From: Octopus sinensis | Lineage: Eukaryota | Direction: 5' to 3' | DNA length: 52,929 bases | NCBI RefSeq assembly: GCF_006345805.1 | Contig: NW_021835091.1 | Span: 1 to 52,929 of the forward strand | Shown here: in pieces, positions 1-11,557 of the stretch | Numbering within the stretch: the stretch's first letter is position 1 | Layout of the letters: each line of letters starts with the position of its first letter | Notes under the pieces: model-generated | What the model was told of the DNA's origin: nothing | What the model saw: the letters and a program-made list of their open reading frames with translations, nothing else | Database searches by the model: none | Translations under genes and position numbers: made by a program

Positions 1-917
1 ATACGTAGGCACATCTGCGTATTAGTAAGAGAAAATGCTTCCTGCTCTAATCGACTTTTTGTCTCAAACCTTAAACGAAATGTTCTTGTTGAAAATCAAA
101 ACACAAAATATATCCCTGCCGAGTATTATTCACTTCTTATTTGCAGTTCTTCAGTTCAATTCGCAACGAGTATCGTCTTTTAATAGGACCGTTCTCGGTC
201 AATTATAAGGGGGCAGTGGTCGTGGTTAGGCGAAGGACTCAGTCATTTTCTTTTCCCCTCTTCAAATCTTGTAGTTTCATTTCTCCGAAGATGATAAAAT
301 ACCAGTAATATTATCAGGTCCTCTGATTCAGTCGTGGAATAACGTCTCTTATTAGAGAGAAAGAAAGTAATCATTATTATTTGCTGTTTCTGTTGTTATT
401 TCTGTCGTAAGGAAATTTTAATCTCGTTGCATTTCAGCTTCCATTAATAAGATGTCAGGCAAATTGGGTTTTTTAGAAAAATAATGAAGGAATAGAAAAG
501 TTGTGATAATTTTGTTTGTATTGTATGTGAGTGTGAATATTGTGTATATGTATATATGTGTGTGTGTGTTGTAGCAGTATACAATATAAAGGGCTCACAG
601 TATATGTGTGCGTATCAGTTGGCGTGTGTGTGTGTGTGTAAGCACTTAAATATTCAGCCAATCGGAACGGAGTTTCACTGTCGTCTGCTCCTCTTGTTAT
701 GTACTGATTCCCTCACTTGCTCTCTCCCCCTTTCTTTGTCTTTCTCTCCCTTTCTTTCTACCCCCCACCACCACCACCACCTCTACGTTCTTTTGCCTCT
801 GTTTTCTCTTTCTCCTCTTTCATACACACTTCTCTTCTGTTGCGCTTTCATTACAACTTTTATTTCTTGTATATTTGACACTTCATTCCTTACCCTCTTC
901 GTTTTTGCCTAGCTTGG

Positions 918-950
<33 letters not shown>

Positions 951-1310
951 CTCTCTCTGTTTCACCCCCTCTCTCTCTCTCTTCCCCCTCTCTCTCTCAG
1001 ACATTCTCTCACATACTCTCTCTCTCTCTTTCCTTCTCTCGCTCACTCTCTCTCTCGTTCTTTTTCTCTCTACATTTCTCTCTCTCTCTATCATATGTAG
1101 CCGTTGATATATGTTATGTGCGTTCTTTTTTCTCTTTAACACATGTAACACTCCCTCCCTCCCTCACTCTCTCTCTCTCTATCTATCTATTTCTCCCTCT
1201 CTCTTTGACACTCGCCCTGTAGTATATACACTATACCTCTCTATATACGTAATAATCCTCTCTCTCTTTCTCACTCTCCCTCTCTCTCCCTTCAATACAT
1301 GTAGTATACC
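918..1310. repeat. (CT)n-rich degenerate microsatellite
   Basis: Long runs of tctctc with interruptions. Confidence 0.9.
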
Positions 1311-1553
1311 ATTCTTTCTCTTCCTTTAATACATGTGATATACCCTTCTCCCCCTATTAATACCCGGCGGTTAAGGTTGGGTGCTTTCTTCCTAATGTTA
1401 TGCTTCGCTCTCGCCCCTTTTCATATATGTAATAAATCTCTCTATCTCTTTCTATTCTTTAATATAACTATTTATTCAGTCTGCTTCTCTCCGTCTCTCC
1501 ACTATCGCTCCAATTGTTGCCGTTGTTTTATATTTGTTTTCAACACTTAGATG

Positions 1554-1986
1554 GGATCTTTTCGGTTTGAACGGCAGTTTTTAACATAATTTCTAAGTAA
1601 ATAAAAAATTACAAACTTCGTATACTGGTAGAATGTGTTTATAAAACATCTTTTTCTCTTGGGTTTATTGAGAAAATTCTATAGTTTGTAAGATATCTGT
1701 TGTTTTTTTTCTTCAATTTCTGCAATTTCAACCAATCAATGACCGTCTATTGAGGTGAAAACATTCTGTGCCGTATGAATATGTCCCTCGTTTAAGAAAC
1801 AGATTGGGTTTATTTACATTTCTGAAGAAAAAAAGATACCCTTCCCCCTAACCCTAACACTAACCCTAACTAACCCTAACCCTAAAATAGATTGAAATGC
1901 AATAGATCGATACTAGGGTCATAATTTTGGGTGACAATTTCATATGACACCGCTTGAAAAAACTGCCGTTCAAACCGAAAAGATCC
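1554..1986 (+). mobile_element. Non-autonomous DNA transposon (MITE family A, 433 bp), Merlin-like by its ends
   Basis: TIRs GGATCTTTTCGGTTTGAACGGCAGTTTTT / AAAAACTGCCGTTCAAACCGAAAAGATCC; perfect 8-bp TSD CTTAGATG at 1546-1553 and 1987-1994. An 8-bp TSD with 5'-GG termini fits Merlin better than hAT (inference). Confidence 0.9.
1846..1885 (-). repeat. Interstitial telomere-like (TTAGGG)n tract inside MITE A
   Basis: ccctaaccctaacactaaccctaactaaccctaaccctaa on the plus strand. Confidence 0.85.
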
Positions 1987-2162
1987 CTTAGATGTGTGTA
2001 TGTGTATGTGCGCGCGCGTGTATGTCTGTATGTGAGACTGCATATACAGACACGCACATATATATGTATACACATATGCATATATATACACACACGCACG
2101 CACACACACACACACACAACACACACACACACACACAACACATACGTACATGTAGATATATA

Positions 2163-3230
2163 CAGGTTGGGACAGAGAGTACGGACGTGTTTGAAAAATT
2201 CACAAAGTCATTAATTTTAGCTGCAAACAAATTTTATTGAAACCAATTTGCTCGTATTGAATTAGCATTTGTCAAAATCAAGTGTGGAAAACAACATCCA
2301 TCATGTGGTGCCCGTTTTCATTGGTGCATTTCTGAAGGCGTTCTTGGAAGTTTGCCTTCACTCTCTCCAGCATTGCTCTGTCGATTTAGGCGACTTCTAC
2401 GCGAATATCTTCCTTCAAATCGTCCAATGTACGGGGCTTGTGCGCATACACACGTGCCTTGAGGTTTCCCCACAAGAAATAATCACGCATGGCCAAAGCA
2501 AGGGACCGAGTGGGGGAGGGGCAAGGAATGTCAGTAAACCTGGAAATGAGGTGGTCACCGAAGAGAGGTCGAAGAACGTCTATTGATGCTCTGGCTGTGT
2601 GGGCCGTCGCTCCCTCCTACTGAACTCACACACGTCGAATGGGCATACGTTTCCGTCGTAATCCAGGCACAAAAAAGCTGTCTATCATCTCGATGTAACG
2701 CTAGAGTTCACAGTAACAGTATTTCCATTATTGTCTTCAAAAACGTAAGTATCAATGACGGCAGCTTTTCCAACAGCACACCAGACTGTCACTTTTGGGC
2801 TGTGCAGTGGTCTTTCATGCAGTTCTCTCGGATTTCCAAGAGCCCAATAACGGCAGTTCTGTTGATTCCCAATGCCATTAAGATGAAAATGAGCTTCATC
2901 ACTCATTAACCAAATGAGGTTGGCATTTGCCTCCGTATCAAAGCTTGACTGATGTATTCCACATTTTCCGGGGTTCTTCGTGTACGAAGTGCATTCATCC
3001 AAAGATTGTGTTAGGGATGGGCAGAGCCTAATTTCAGTGAATGTTGAAGTGGCACCGAAACTCACGCTGAAGTGCTTTGACAGACTCGTTATTCTTCACG
3101 TAACTGTTGCAGGCAAACACGCGATGTTCTATCGTCCACAGCGCCAAGACACCACAAACCGAATAATAATTGCCCCTCCCGCTGGAGCTAAGTAATAGCC
3201 ATTTCAAAAACGTCCGTCCTCTCTTCCCTG
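2163..3230 (-). mobile_element. Internally deleted Tc1/mariner, rosa/DD41D-like transposase pseudogene
   Basis: Minus-strand peptides WTIEHRVF..YVKNNESVKALQREFR (DUF4817-like HTH), MSDEAHFHLNG..NQQNCRYW..NP..LHERPLHSPKVTVWC, Q*EGATAHTA and DYFLWGNLKARVY. Degenerate TIRs (CAGG..GAGAG(T/G)ACGGACGT.TTTGAAA) flanked by TA at 2161-2162 and 3231-3232. Contains stops and frameshifts. Confidence 0.85.
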
Positions 3231-3576
3231 TACTTATATAAAAGATACAATATATATTGTCAGTAAGGCATATATCAGAAAAGAAGCACACTCTAAAGAA
3301 TAGAGCAGTAAGTATTAAAACAAAAAATTAAATTTTGGTCATAGAGTTACCAATGGTTTCGCACCCACGAAATCCAAGCATTGTGGACAGCCTTATCTCC
3401 CCTGGACGAGAGGATAAAAAACCTTTACAGACTCGTAATAGCCTAACCAGCAAACGGGGAGATCCAATTTTCCAGTAGATAGCGCTTGAAATGGACACAT
3501 TTAAAGAAAACTATTCAACGCGTAGCATAGTCCTTTTGAATTTTGGTTCTCTCCGCGATGCAGATTTTGTATGTAT

Positions 3577-3702
<126 letters not shown>

Positions 3703-3847
3703 TATTCACTCCTTCCAAACAACCTTCTCACTTTAAATGATATGGTCTAGTGTTAGCGTGTGTAACAACAGCACCATCCTCTCCAAGTGACCAATAATCC
3801 AACATGCAAAATTGACTGCGAAATGAAAGATTTTTTGGTGTATCACG

Positions 3848-4053
3848 TCTTTTCTATTATAGGTAAAAAGTCTGAAATTTATGGAGAGAGGACGAATCGA
3901 TTACATTGGTACCAGTGTTTGACTGGTGCTCATTTTATCGACGCCGAGCGGTTGAAAGGCAAAGTCGACCTCGGCGGAATTTGAATTCAGGATGTAAAAT
4001 GCAAAATATCACTAAGCATTTTGTCCGGCGAGCTAATGATTCTTCCAGCTCAC
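3848..4053 (-). mobile_element. tRNA-derived SINE, family A (degenerate)
   Basis: Shares gaaaggcaaagtcgacct(c/t)gg(c/t)ggaatttgaa with the copy at 51863-52045 and a related version with 52100-52318. Confidence 0.75.
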
Positions 4054-4318
4054 TAGAATCACTTGTGGTGAATGTTCCAACTCTGAGATCAAATCCTTCC
4101 GACATCGACTTTGTTTTCATATATTCGGAGTCGATAAACAAGGAGTCAGTTGAAGATGGTGGATGTTGTACATCATCTCCCTCTATCTCTCACATACCAG
4201 CTCTCTCTCGCACACAGAAATTAGTTTTCACATTTATTACACACACACACACACACATACGCACACACACACACACACACATATCTATATCTATATAATA
4301 TATATATATATATATATA

Positions 4319-4515
4319 TAGTCTCATAAAATTAGAATGTCAATATTTTGGGGTTATTTTATTGTTGAAGCGGTTCCCTTTATGCTCTTATAGGTATATT
4401 TTTTCATCTTTTAATTCGCATTACTTTCCCAGTTGAAATACAAATAAAAGAAACCAACATCTTTTTAATTTTTCTTCTCATTTTCTTTTATTAACTTTTT
4501 AATTTTATGAGACTG
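4319..4515. mobile_element. Small MITE (~195 bp)
   Basis: Terminal inverted repeat AGTCTCATAAAATT / AATTTTATGAGACT(G); the left end abuts (TA)n; AT-rich interior. Confidence 0.55.
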
Positions 4516-4609
4516 TTTATACACCATATATATGATGATCTTCCTATCAATATATTGGTTGAACTCAGTTGGCATCAGGATTGTTTTTAATAATCCCTTA
4601 CATGGATAT

Positions 4610-4701
<92 letters not shown>

Positions 4702-4834
4702 GAGGGTTATGAGCGGTATAAGGTGTCAATAAGATCCAAATGTATCAGGTAATGCTGAGTAAGTCCTATGGACAGACTGTAGGTAAGCTCTAGGTTCGGT
4801 GATATATGACGTAGGTCATATATCAGTATGTGTG

Positions 4835-5148
4835 TATATAAAAAAATTAACAGAATGTGTTAAAAATCCAAGGCTGTGAAAGATTTCAGAACATTTATAA
4901 ATAGGTCTTACAGTTGTTTCCAGGGTATTTTATATATCCCTTAATCGGGGACGGTGCGAGAACATGGTTAAGCAATAGTTATTTTCTATTTCATATCTTA
5001 TCTAGAATAATTATTGCTTAACCATTTTCTCACACCGTCTCCGATGAAGGGATATATGAAATATCCCAGAAACAACTGTTTGACCTTCTACTTATAAATG
5101 TTCTGAAATCTTTCACAGCCTTGGATTTTTATCTCATTCTGTTAATTT

Positions 5149-5156
<8 letters not shown>
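4835..5156. repeat. Long inverted repeat (~150-bp arms, ~14-nt spacer); each arm has a degenerate hammerhead-like motif; probable Penelope-like element termini
   Basis: 4835-4988 is the approximate reverse complement of 5003-5156. Right arm contains CGTCT-CCGATGA-A-GGGATAT-ATGAA-ATATCCC-A-GAAA-CAACTG-TT-TGACC. Confidence 0.7.
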
Positions 5157-5202
<46 letters not shown>

Positions 5203-5702
5203 TATATATCTATATATATATAGAGAGAGAGAGGAGAGAGAGAGAGAGAAGAGAGAAAGAGAGAGAGTATTATTGATAAGGTAAGAAAATGACTCCTTTG
5301 TAATACATAGTTCGAAGCATTTGGGTCAAATCCAATGTTAAGAATTGGTTATCATTTTAAACTGTATGGGACGGAATCTCTTCAGGCTTTTTTGTTTGGT
5401 TTTTGTTTGTAAAGATCGTATAATGCACCCTTTATTCCTTCGGAATAAAAGTATGCTGTCTTCGAAACATGTGTCGAGAGTAAGGAATTTTGTTAACATC
5501 TTCGTTCGACTTCCGACTCCATTCTTCTCATTTATTCATATAAAAAAACACACAAATTTCCACACAAGACCCGGAGTTTCTACTACCCTTGACAGGTCGC
5601 TTCAACCGTGTTTTCTGACGGGAATTTGCTACCCAGGTATCGGTTAAACGAATTTTCCATGCTAGGATAATTCATTCACCTACTTATATATATATATGAT
5701 TC

Positions 5703-5893
5703 GCCATGATAGATCGCTAGCCACTACACATTCTTTATTTTCTCTCCTTGTTTCTTTCTGTTTTCCTATCTGTGAAAGAGCGTAGGCTCGAAACGTTAAA
5801 GACTTTTTCCCTTCCCGAGCGTTATACTAATACATCTGTTTGTTTTCTGCACCACCTGTCTTCGTCCTTTTTTTTTTTGCGAATTCACCCTAT
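5703..5893 (+). repeat. Dispersed ~190-bp repeat (second copy at 21367-21544, minus) with hammerhead-like motif
   Basis: ccatgatagatcgctagc.actacacattctttattttctc ... ctgtgaaagagcg(t/a)aggctcgaaacgttaa ... gaatt(c/ctc)ccctat is present in both copies; both abut (TA)n. Confidence 0.75.
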
Positions 5894-5909
5894 CTATATA
5901 TAACCCTAT

Positions 5910-5951
<42 letters not shown>

Positions 5952-6249
5952 GTATGTATGTATATATGTATGCATGTATGTCCATTTGTATGTATGTATA
6001 CATGTATACATGCATCATAATATATACATATACAAGCATGCCCTTAATAAAAGAAATATTTTTCAAATGACATGAAAGTCATAACAGAAAATATAAAATG
6101 AAATAAAATAAGGAAAACATTACCTTATAATGTTTTTACATAAATACATTGACACCAAGGTTACTGACCCTTGACCCCATCTCCACACCCACCAACTTCG
6201 GTAACGACTGACACTGTGTATGGAAAAAATAACTGTTATGTATTGTAGT

Positions 6250-6910
6250 AAGTGGTCGTCGCCACCACCACCACCACACCACCACCACCATCACCACCAT
6301 CAACGTCATCATCAGTGCCATCGTCGTCATCGTTCGTCGTCATCGTTCGTCGTCGTAGTTCGTCGTCGTAGTTCGTCGTCGTCGTCACACTATCGTAGTC
6401 GCCACTGCCGCCACCGTCTACACCGCTACCACCACCATCGTTCTCACGTCGTCGTCGTCGTCATCATCATCATTACCACCACCATCACTACCATAATCAT
6501 CATCATTGTCTCGTCAAGTTAATCTTTGTCTCAATGCTAATTACTTGAAATATAAACTTTTTCAAAGTAGTTCCATCTGGATGGATTTATTTTACGCAAA
6601 AGAAAGCTGCTAAGTAATTCTAAGATATAGAGGTGGCGGTGGTGGTGGTGGTGGTGGTGGTAATGGCGATGATGGTCGTGATGATGGAGGTGGTGGTTCT
6701 AATGATGGCGGTATTGGTGTTTGTATCGGTGGCATTGTTGGTCATAACGCTGACAGATTGAGACGGGTTGTGGAGATGTTTAATTAAATATCCCCCCCTA
6801 CCATCCAATTGCCTCTACCGCCTCTCTTCGCCACTACCATCACTACCGCTACCACAATTACAACTACAACAACTTCCACCACCTCAACATTGCCGCAACC
6901 GTCGCAACGA
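6250..6910. repeat. Degenerate trinucleotide low-complexity region (CAC/CAT/CGT, GGT/GAT)
   Basis: Directly visible; produces spurious poly-H/poly-V ORFs. Confidence 0.85.
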
Positions 6911-7300
6911 CGTAAGAAATGCTGATTTGCTTATTACGTACCAAGCCTTTTCTTCCTTTAATATGCAAGAAGACCTAGGGCAGCAATCATTTTTATATTT
7001 ATGACCTGAGTAAAAAGCTGGTATTTTATTTTATTGACACCTTTAATTGACCCCCTACCGTATGGGGTTTTTTTTCAGTGAAGCGTGACGCGCTGATTTA
7101 CACACTGAAACATGGGCTGTCAGAAATTTGAAGAAATAAGTGGAAATAAAAGACGTTCATACCGCTCTGAAGAACATTTGGGATATAATCGAGCTTCTCC
7201 GCCCTAAAACGCAATATGTCTTAAGATTTTAGTCAATGCACTGTGTAATATATAAACAGCTTGTCTGCACATTGTCTTCTTGGACAGATAAATGAAGGAT

Positions 7301-7346
7301 CAGCCATAACAGTTTCAATCCAGTACTGGAACTTCATCAGTGGCTA
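7301..7346 (-). ncRNA. Candidate type I minimal hammerhead ribozyme
   Basis: Minus strand reads AGCCA-CTGATGA-A-GTTCCAGTACTGGATT-GAAA-CTGT-TA-TGGCT. Perfect CUGAUGA and GAAA core, 5-bp stem I (AGCCA/TGGCT), hairpin stem II and UA at the cleavage position. Stem III is imperfect. Confidence 0.55.
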
Positions 7347-7849
7347 AATACCCTCTTTCACTGTCAACGAAGACACTTAAGTTCATCGAAGAGACCAATT
7401 TGCACATGATGATGATAATGATGACGACGACGACGACGATGATGATGATAATGATGATGATGATGATGATCATCATCATCATCATCGTCGTCGTCGTCGT
7501 CGTCGTCGTCGGATCTGTCTCTCCGATTTACGTAAGTCTTTAGTTATTGTTTATTAGTCTTGTCTCCATGTACTGCTAAAGATGGTACTCAACCGTTAAA
7601 AGTATAATAGTGAAAACAAAACAAGATGACAAATCAAAATGGGTGAATTGAGGAAACTCGGTATCACAAGGGAAGGAACGTGAAGTGGAGCCCTGAGAAA
7701 TACTGGCCATTCATCAAGGGAATAAAGTGACTATCAGTTCTATGATGTATTTTGCCATTGTTCGGCATCTTGAGCCAGAGTCTTTTGTCATGGCCTCATC
7801 TAGGGAATGAAATTGAGTTGATAGAAATTGTTCGGGAACTCATTGGGCA

Positions 7850-7978
7850 GAATGTACCTGTAATTTAAAGTTCCATCCTTGTCATACTGTGTCACACCGA
7901 TTCCACCAGTGTCTTCAATTAGCAGGTAGTTAGGTCGATTGAACGACTTACTGCTCACCGTCGTAACTGACGGACACT
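7850..7978 (+). mobile_element. Degenerate SINE family B 3' part
   Basis: ccttgtcatactgtgtcac...cgtcgtaactgacggacac resembles the reverse complement of the 36281-36592 copy. Confidence 0.45.
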
Positions 7979-8813
7979 CATTTACATATTACTTTACATA
8001 ATATTTCGTGGTGAATGTTTGTCTTGATAGACGCGAAAAAAAAATGAGTGAATAGCAACACTATGTATACTTTTGCTTGCAACCTAATTTAGACGAAAAA
8101 TCAGCTCAGTATAGGCAATCAGTAAGGATAGGTGTCTTTGCGGGAAAACTGTGAAAGAAGGAAGCACGGCCGTATTTCGTTATCTTTGGAAACATCTAAA
8201 CCGATTCCTGTGGAAATGACAGGATTTTTTAGATAAAGGTAAGTGATCCGCTGTCAACAGCGCCTCCGATCTGTCAACGAAGACTGAAACAAGAGAACGG
8301 GAGAGTAACTGAGAGAGAGGGGGTAAGGAATTGAGAGAAGGAAAAAGAGACGAATGAGTGAGAGGAAGGACAGCGAGAGATTGAGAATGGTGAGAGACTG
8401 AGAAAGAATGAGCGAAAGTAATATAAAGGGAGATGATGTAAAAAAAAAACAGGAAAGAGAGATGGAAGAAGGAACAGATAAAGAGAGATCATGAGAGAGG
8501 AATAGAGGGAAAGAGAGAGAGAATGACAGATACCGAGACAAGGAGTGAACGGCGCCAGACATAATTTCAAAATGAAGTTTGTAATTGGAGAGACTTTCGC
8601 AAAACGATCATTATTTGGAAATCATGACTTGTTGTAGATCAGAGTTTTTCAACCATTTCTTTGTCCTCACCCCGAGAAAAATCTTGATTAATTTTCACTC
8701 CTTCTCTGCAAAAGTAATACTTCATTTTAAGATTAAAATGTCAATTTTCTAATAAGTGTTTCTCTTAAAATTTCATCCACATAAAGCACTATGGAATTAT
8801 AACGTTTTGGGTA

Positions 8814-9682
8814 CACGTAGTCTGATCAATAAGTATCTGGACTGTTGCCATAGTAACGAGGGTAAAGCACGTAGTGTGAAGCTACTTGACACAGGTTGAC
8901 CTTGAACGCTGCTAGAACGTTAAAACTAAGATTTAACGATCTAACTCACTTCTGCTGTTTACAGCAGTGCTTGGAAGGAAGCTGTGTAGCGTGTGATCGT
9001 CGCAATGACTATGACAGAGAAAGATGAGCAGAGAATCTGCATTCAATTTTGCCAAAAGCTCGGCGATATCTGCTCAGAAGCCTTCGCAAAGTTTTCAATC
9101 AAGGAGATCTTGTGCAACTGAAACCCGAGTGTCCTTTTGGTCAGCTAAAAGCAATTTTGGTACAAACTTGGCAACACGCGTCTCGTACCCAAATCTTCAG
9201 TGAAAATGAACTGAACTAGACCATAACTAATCTGCACATCCTCTGATAACTCGTGGATGGTGATTCGACGATTTCCCCTCACAGCTGCCCGCATATCTGC
9301 GATATTTTTCTCAGTTCTGCGGGTTGCGTGTCTCCCAGAACGTTCGTCAATATCGACAATTTTCAGTCATCTTGGAAATGTCTGAACCACTCGTACACTT
9401 GTGTGCGGCTCATACACTCCTCTCCATACACTTTCTGCAACTTTTATAGGCCTCTGAGCAGATATCACCATGACAACTTCTGCCATTGTCAATTCGACGA
9501 TCACACGCTATACACCTTCCTTTAAAGTACAGTTGTAAATAGCGGAAGTGAGCTAATACGTTAAAACTTAATGTGCTTGTACAACAGAGTTCAAGTTCAA
9601 TCTGTACCAGGCGGCTTTACTCTGCGTGCTTTATCTTCGTTACTATGGCAACAGTCCGGATACTTATTGGTCAGACCTCGTA
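8814..9682. mobile_element. Mariner-derived foldback element made of two 5' ends in inverted orientation
   Basis: Both ends read ~TACGAGGTCTGA(C/T)CAATAAGTATC.GGACTG. Left arm encodes MTEKDEQRICIQFCQKLGDICSEAF. Right arm (minus) encodes DICSEAY..LQKVYGEECMSRTQVYEWF..F..DERSGR...RRITIHELSEDVQISYG..TEDLG..AKFVPKLL. No DDD catalytic region seen. Confidence 0.8.
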
Positions 9683-10024
9683 CTTAATAAGAACAAAATT
9701 ATTTTTAAGGATAAATTAATGATTTTATTTTCCAAAGTGATTTTCATAAACTATATACTTTCCTTCAAATGTCATCTCGCATCCCCAGAGGATGCGAGAG
9801 AGTAATGCAGGCTGAGAACCTACATTAAATTTTAATTTATTTCGTCACTGTATTTACTGCGGCGATATTTTGACCATATCTCACATGGAATTAAACGGCG
9901 GGCATTTTGAACTGGCCATGATGCATGCGTACATATATATGTAGGTATACGTTCGTATATGTAAGTATTCGTATGTTGTATTTATATATATATATATGTA
10001 TTTATGTTTCTCTTCTATGTGTAT

Positions 10025-10355
10025 TCTACTGACGAGGCAGACATGTTTCAGGATATTTCTATTTTTGAAAACCAGTGGATGTATTCCACTGAAATTAGGT
10101 AACTAATCCTTCGAACAGACGGTCGGTAGCTACGCCTGCTGGGTTTGGCTACTGTGCATTGATAAAGGGCAAATACCCTGAAACATGTCAGCAGATGTCT
10201 GACCAGCAAGGGGAAGCGGCTGACCTTCCTGTTCGAACGTTATAATGGACATAGGTTCGTGTATCATATAGCTAGCTAGAGGCGATGACCTCTTGGAGCT
10301 AATCAACGGCAGCTTTAGACTTATATTTATGGACTGCTATATTAGCTTGGCGATA
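10025..10355. repeat. Repeat with degenerate hammerhead-like motif and short inverted counterpart (possible Penelope-like terminus)
   Basis: 10159-10194 TTGATAA-AGGGCAAATACCCT-GAAA-CATG-TC-AGCAG; 10037-10058 is an imperfect inverted copy of aaataccctgaaacatgtcagc. Confidence 0.4.
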
Positions 10356-10407
10356 ACTGTTAATTTTCAGTACCGATGCCGTAGAGAGACTTAGAAATTT
10401 TAATATT

Positions 10408-10503
<96 letters not shown>

Positions 10504-10610
10504 CGTGTGTGTGTGTTTGTGCGTTTGTGTAAGCATGTATGTGCATATGTATGCATATAGATACACACACACACACACACACATACATACATATATAAAT
10601 ATATATAATA

Positions 10611-10675
<65 letters not shown>
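10408..10675. repeat. (TG)n / (CA)n / (TA)n compound microsatellite
   Basis: Directly visible. Confidence 0.95.
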
Positions 10676-10676
<1 letters not shown>

Positions 10677-10689
10677 GCATGAGTTGGTT

Positions 10690-11312
10690 TGGTTGGAAGA
10701 TAGTACAAAAGGAAGTAAATATAAAGGTAGATGGACAGAAACTTTAACAAATAAAAGGCATCAAGTGTTTAGGACAAATAAAATAGCAGGCATTATCTGT
10801 TTAGAAAAAGTTACCCAAAAGATAAATAAGGCAAGAACAACATTTATAAGAATGCAAACGATCTCTTCAGAAGACATAAATAACAATACAACTAAAACTG
10901 GAACTAATAAACTGTAATATTATGCTGATTTTCTGACAGAAACGTAGACAAAGTACACAGCTGTGAGGAAGAAAAGAAAGGAGACTTTCAGATGTATATC
11001 TTTCGTAAATTGGGAAAAATAAGCTAGGGTAACAAATACTGTAGTATCGGAAAAGCTGAAAGTCCAAAGACAGTTATTGTGGAGAATCACCTTCACATGC
11101 TATCCTATTTGGGGGCATACAATGCGCCACCAGTAACAGCCCAAAACCATTCTGACAAGAACTGTGGAGGCCAAGAGAACAAAAGACCCCCAAAGACGTT
11201 TGTGGACTGACGACATGAAAGAATGGGTTAGAGACAAGAATTTGTCTGGTTGTATGCATATAGCACAAAATAGAGGGAACTGAAGAGTTTTGGTAAGCAG
11301 AGCTCTGGTTGA
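10690..11312 (+). mobile_element. 5'-truncated RTE-clade LINE remnant (RT C-terminus and 3' end)
   Basis: Frame-broken peptides IKVDGQKL*QIKGIKCLGQ, KINKARTTF.RM and KTILTRTVEAKRTK..WTDDMKEW...IAQNRGN*R resemble RTE C-terminal motifs (VEG.R.RGR...W.D.IKEW). Confidence 0.65.
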
Positions 11313-11320
11313 CAACTGAT

Positions 11321-11356
<36 letters not shown>

Positions 11357-11557
11357 ATCAGTTATAAGCGTTGTATAGTCACCAAGTAGTGCTCAGATAT
11401 ATCCAAAACTTAAGCTCTATCTCCTTCGTTCAAAGCATGTAGCGCTAAGGTAAAGAGTCGGCAGTCGGCAATAAGAACGATCTTCGTCGACTGGGTTTGG
11501 AAGCAGAAAAAACAGACGAGTAATTGTAGGTGTAAGAAATGTTGCTTATATGTATGA

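Noticed and set aside
1846-1885. True telomere or chromosome-fusion site
   Set aside because: The tracts are short and sit at an equivalent position inside MITE copies.
8140-8245. Possible exon ending at a strong donor AAG|GTAAGT (8239), peptide CLCGKTVKEGSTAVFRYLWKH
   Set aside because: No frame stays open from a credible acceptor to the donor, and the BED-finger resemblance is too weak.
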